A DNA stretch of 64,000 nt, from the NCBI GenBank assembly GCA_029256705.1, contig JAQSXK010000001.1, forward strand, positions 29,864 through 93,863. The letters are read 5' to 3'. Of the stretch, positions 61,735-64,000 are shown one piece after another. Position numbers and translations under genes: made by a program. Source of the DNA: Clostridia bacterium (GTDB lineage Bacteria; Bacillota; Clostridia; TANB77; CAG-465). Below the pieces are notes generated by a model. It ran no database searches. It saw nothing but the letters and a program-made list of their open reading frames with translations, and was not told the origin of the DNA. Numbering within the stretch: the first letter of the stretch is position 1; the number at the start of each line of letters is the position of its first letter.

Positions 61735-62574
61735 TTAATTAAGTTTTTTATTAGCTACTTCAGTGACATTTTCAAGCAAAGAAAGTACAGTAGTAAGTCC
61801 AACTCCACCAGGAACTGGTGTTATATACTTTGCAATGTTTTGTATAATCTCAGTATCTACATCACCAACTATTTTTCCATCTATTCTATTTATACCTACA
61901 TCTATTATTGTGCTACCTTCTTTTACCATATCTGCAGTAATAAGCTTTGCTTTTCCTACTGCTACTACAAGTATATCTGCTCTACTTGTGTGTTCTTTTA
62001 AGTCAGAAGTTTTAGAATGACAAATTGTAATTGTTGCACCTCTGTTTAGTAATAGATGTGCAATAGGTTTTCCTACTAGTACACTTCTACCAACCACTAC
62101 AGCATTTTTACCAGCTATATCTATCCCTAATTCATCTATTATAGTCATAATTCCCTTTGGTGTACATGAAACAAGGCCCTCTTGATCAGAAATTAATTTA
62201 CCTAAATTTAAAGGATGTAATCCATCAACATCTTTATCTGGACTTATACTATCTAATATTTTCTTATCATCTAAATGTTTATATACAGGTAGTTGAACTA
62301 GTATTCCATGAACAGACGGATCTTCATTTAAATTACTAATTATAGATATAATCTTATCTGTAGTTATACTTTCATCTAATAAAAACTCTTCTTCTTCTAT
62401 ACCAAGTTCTTTACACATATTTCTTTTCTTTGAGACATATATTTCAGAAGCTGGATCATTACTTGCAAAAACAACTACAAGTTTTGGAATTATTCCTTTT
62501 TCTTTTAAATATTCTACTTTTACCTTTAACTTTTCTTTTCTTTCTTTAACTATAGCTTTTACATCAACTATCAT
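61735..62574 (-). CDS. folD: Methylenetetrahydrofolate dehydrogenase/cyclohydrolase
   Basis: GILVQLP, KDVDG.HP.N, CTPKG, GRS.LVGKP, IDVGIN, TPVPGGVG. Confidence 0.96.
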   Translation of the reverse strand: MIVDVKAIVKERKEKLKVKVEYLKEKGIIPKLVVVFASNDPASEIYVSKKRNMCKELGIEEEEFLLDESITTDKIISIISNLNEDPSVHGILVQLPVYKHLDDKKILDSISPDKDVDGLHPLNLGKLISDQEGLVSCTPKGIMTIIDELGIDIAGKNAVVVGRSVLVGKPIAHLLLNRGATITICHSKTSDLKEHTSRADILVVAVGKAKLITADMVKEGSTIIDVGINRIDGKIVGDVDTEIIQNIAKYITPVPGGVGLTTVLSLLENVTEVANKKLN

Positions 62575-62592
62575 TAGTATCTCCTCTATTCC

Positions 62593-63378
62593 TTATTCTT
62601 CTAATATCTTATCTATTGCCTCTTTAATATACTTTGCAGACGAAAGTGGCGCAACTTTCCCTGGAAGTGCCAATGCCCATACAACATTTAAACCAATATC
62701 TTTTGCATATGCAAAGTCTATTCCACCAGGACTAGAAGCTAAATCTATAATACAACATTTTTTATCTATAATATCTAATTTTTCTTTACCTAATATTGTA
62801 GATGGAATTGTATTAAATATTATATCAAATTTATTCAAATATTCACTTAAATTGGTTAAATTAATAGGTATATATCCCATTGCACGTATTTCAGCTAAAT
62901 CTTTCTCTTTTCTTGCCTCTACATATACATTGGAACCTATTCCATGTAACATTTTGCTAAGTATCTTACCTATTCTTCCAAATCCCATAACCAAAACATT
63001 TGCTGAACATAGAGTAAAATCCGTCATTTCCATTGCCGTAGCAATAGCTCCTTCTGCCGTTGGTATACCATTTAATATAGCTATTTCATCTAAATCCATT
63101 AAATCATGATATTTGATATTATCTTTATTCATCTTATCTTTTATATTATTTTGTATTGCTCCTGAAAATATTACTTTATCTTTTATATTAGGTAAAGTGA
63201 AAATTTCGTCTAAAGTTAAAATTTCTCCATTAATTTTTTCACCATCTCTAGAAAGTGGTATCGGAGCAATTATATAATCTCCATCAATATAATCTGAAAT
63301 TTTTTTACCTTCATTCACATATAATTCTCTTAATTTTACGCTTCTACCATCTGTTCCAAGAATACAATATTTTTTCAT
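62593..63378 (-). CDS. spoVFA: Dipicolinate synthase subunit A
   Basis: AILN.IPTAEGAI..AM, GFGRIG, NTIP, IDLAS.PGG.DF, ALPGKVAP. Confidence 0.92.
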   Translation of the reverse strand: MKKYCILGTDGRSVKLRELYVNEGKKISDYIDGDYIIAPIPLSRDGEKINGEILTLDEIFTLPNIKDKVIFSGAIQNNIKDKMNKDNIKYHDLMDLDEIAILNGIPTAEGAIATAMEMTDFTLCSANVLVMGFGRIGKILSKMLHGIGSNVYVEARKEKDLAEIRAMGYIPINLTNLSEYLNKFDIIFNTIPSTILGKEKLDIIDKKCCIIDLASSPGGIDFAYAKDIGLNVVWALALPGKVAPLSSAKYIKEAIDKILEE

Positions 63379-63419
63379 ATAATCACCTAATTAACTATAT
63401 TCGAAAAAATATATTAATA

Positions 63420-64000
63420 TTACTTTATTTCTAAGTTTTTAACTAATCTATATATTACCTCATCTAACTTACTCTTATTTTTAATTCTTATTTTACTCTT
63501 AACTAAACTTAAAAAATCCTTAAATTCATATACCTTAAATTGTTCTATATTTTCTTTTAAGGCTACATATTCTACAAGTGCTTGTATTACATCTTTATAT
63601 GTTACCACGCCCTTAAAACCTATTTTGCTAATTAAAGCAGGTATGACTATTTCAAGTAAAGATTTTTTAGAATCATGGCTTGTTAGTTTAAGTAATGTAT
63701 ATATTTTGTTTAATTCTATTTGATCATATTCAATTAAACTATTTAAATATATTTCTTCTGGAAGTGGATTAAAGTAGTATTCAAATCCATCTAAATTATC
63801 TAACACTTTTAAGGCATCATAATATCCTAAATTAAGTAGATAATTTGATGTTTTACTTTCAAAATTAAGTATGTTAGGTAAAGCATTTCTTGGCTCTACA
63901 ATCTTAAGTGATATATCATTTTGTTTTCTTATCCTATTAATATCTTTAATCTTAAAAAAAGAACCAGTCCTTATAACAAAGATCTTTTTAAAATTATTAT
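63420..64000 (-). CDS. C-terminal part of a probable patatin-like phospholipase (5' end outside the window)
   Basis: Frame is open to the window edge; ...VEPRNALPNILNF...LGYYDALKVL..LDG..YY resembles clostridial patatin C-termini; catalytic motifs not visible. Confidence 0.55.
   Translation of the reverse strand, partial: NNFKKIFVIRTGSFFKIKDINRIRKQNDISLKIVEPRNALPNILNFESKTSNYLLNLGYYDALKVLDNLDGFEYYFNPLPEEIYLNSLIEYDQIELNKIYTLLKLTSHDSKKSLLEIVIPALISKIGFKGVVTYKDVIQALVEYVALKENIEQFKVYEFKDFLSLVKSKIRIKNKSKLDEVIYRLVKNLEIK

Noticed and set aside
63420-64000. AGG as a general frameshift signal
   Set aside because: AGG occurs in frame as an ordinary Arg codon here and in rpmG without disrupting the reading frame.

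Overview
Very AT-rich chromosomal segment of a spore-forming Clostridia-class bacterium. The pilin leader style and reduced, shuffled operons suggest a TANB77-like lineage, which is inference only. Most genes are on the minus strand and are housekeeping: tsaD, mnmA, iscS/iscU, pyrG, addB, scpB, the fmt-rlmN-prpC-prkC-rsgA-rpe cluster, def, ftsK, pdp, rnhB, a trimeric electron-bifurcating [FeFe]-hydrogenase, fba, rpmG-secE-nusG-rplKAJL, tRNA-Gly and folD. The main unusual element is a ~14 kb block between def and fmt. It holds two giant paralogous adhesin genes that begin inside a type IV pilin-like domain but lack the pilin leader and hydrophobic helix. They share a 102-bp identical 5' end and a conserved regulatory module, carry different C-terminal binding modules, and flank a transglutaminase-like gene. 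Also notable: rsgA is split by a non-homopolymer +1 frameshift at GTA-CGG-TAA; tRNA-Gly has an atypical T-loop; several full-length pseudoenzymes are present (IleRS-like, AsnB-like, HEPN, EAL); one pilin is fused to a probable glycoside hydrolase; and two adjacent genes have a hairpin between the Shine-Dalgarno and the start codon. No CRISPR array, transposase, integrase or reverse transcriptase was seen.
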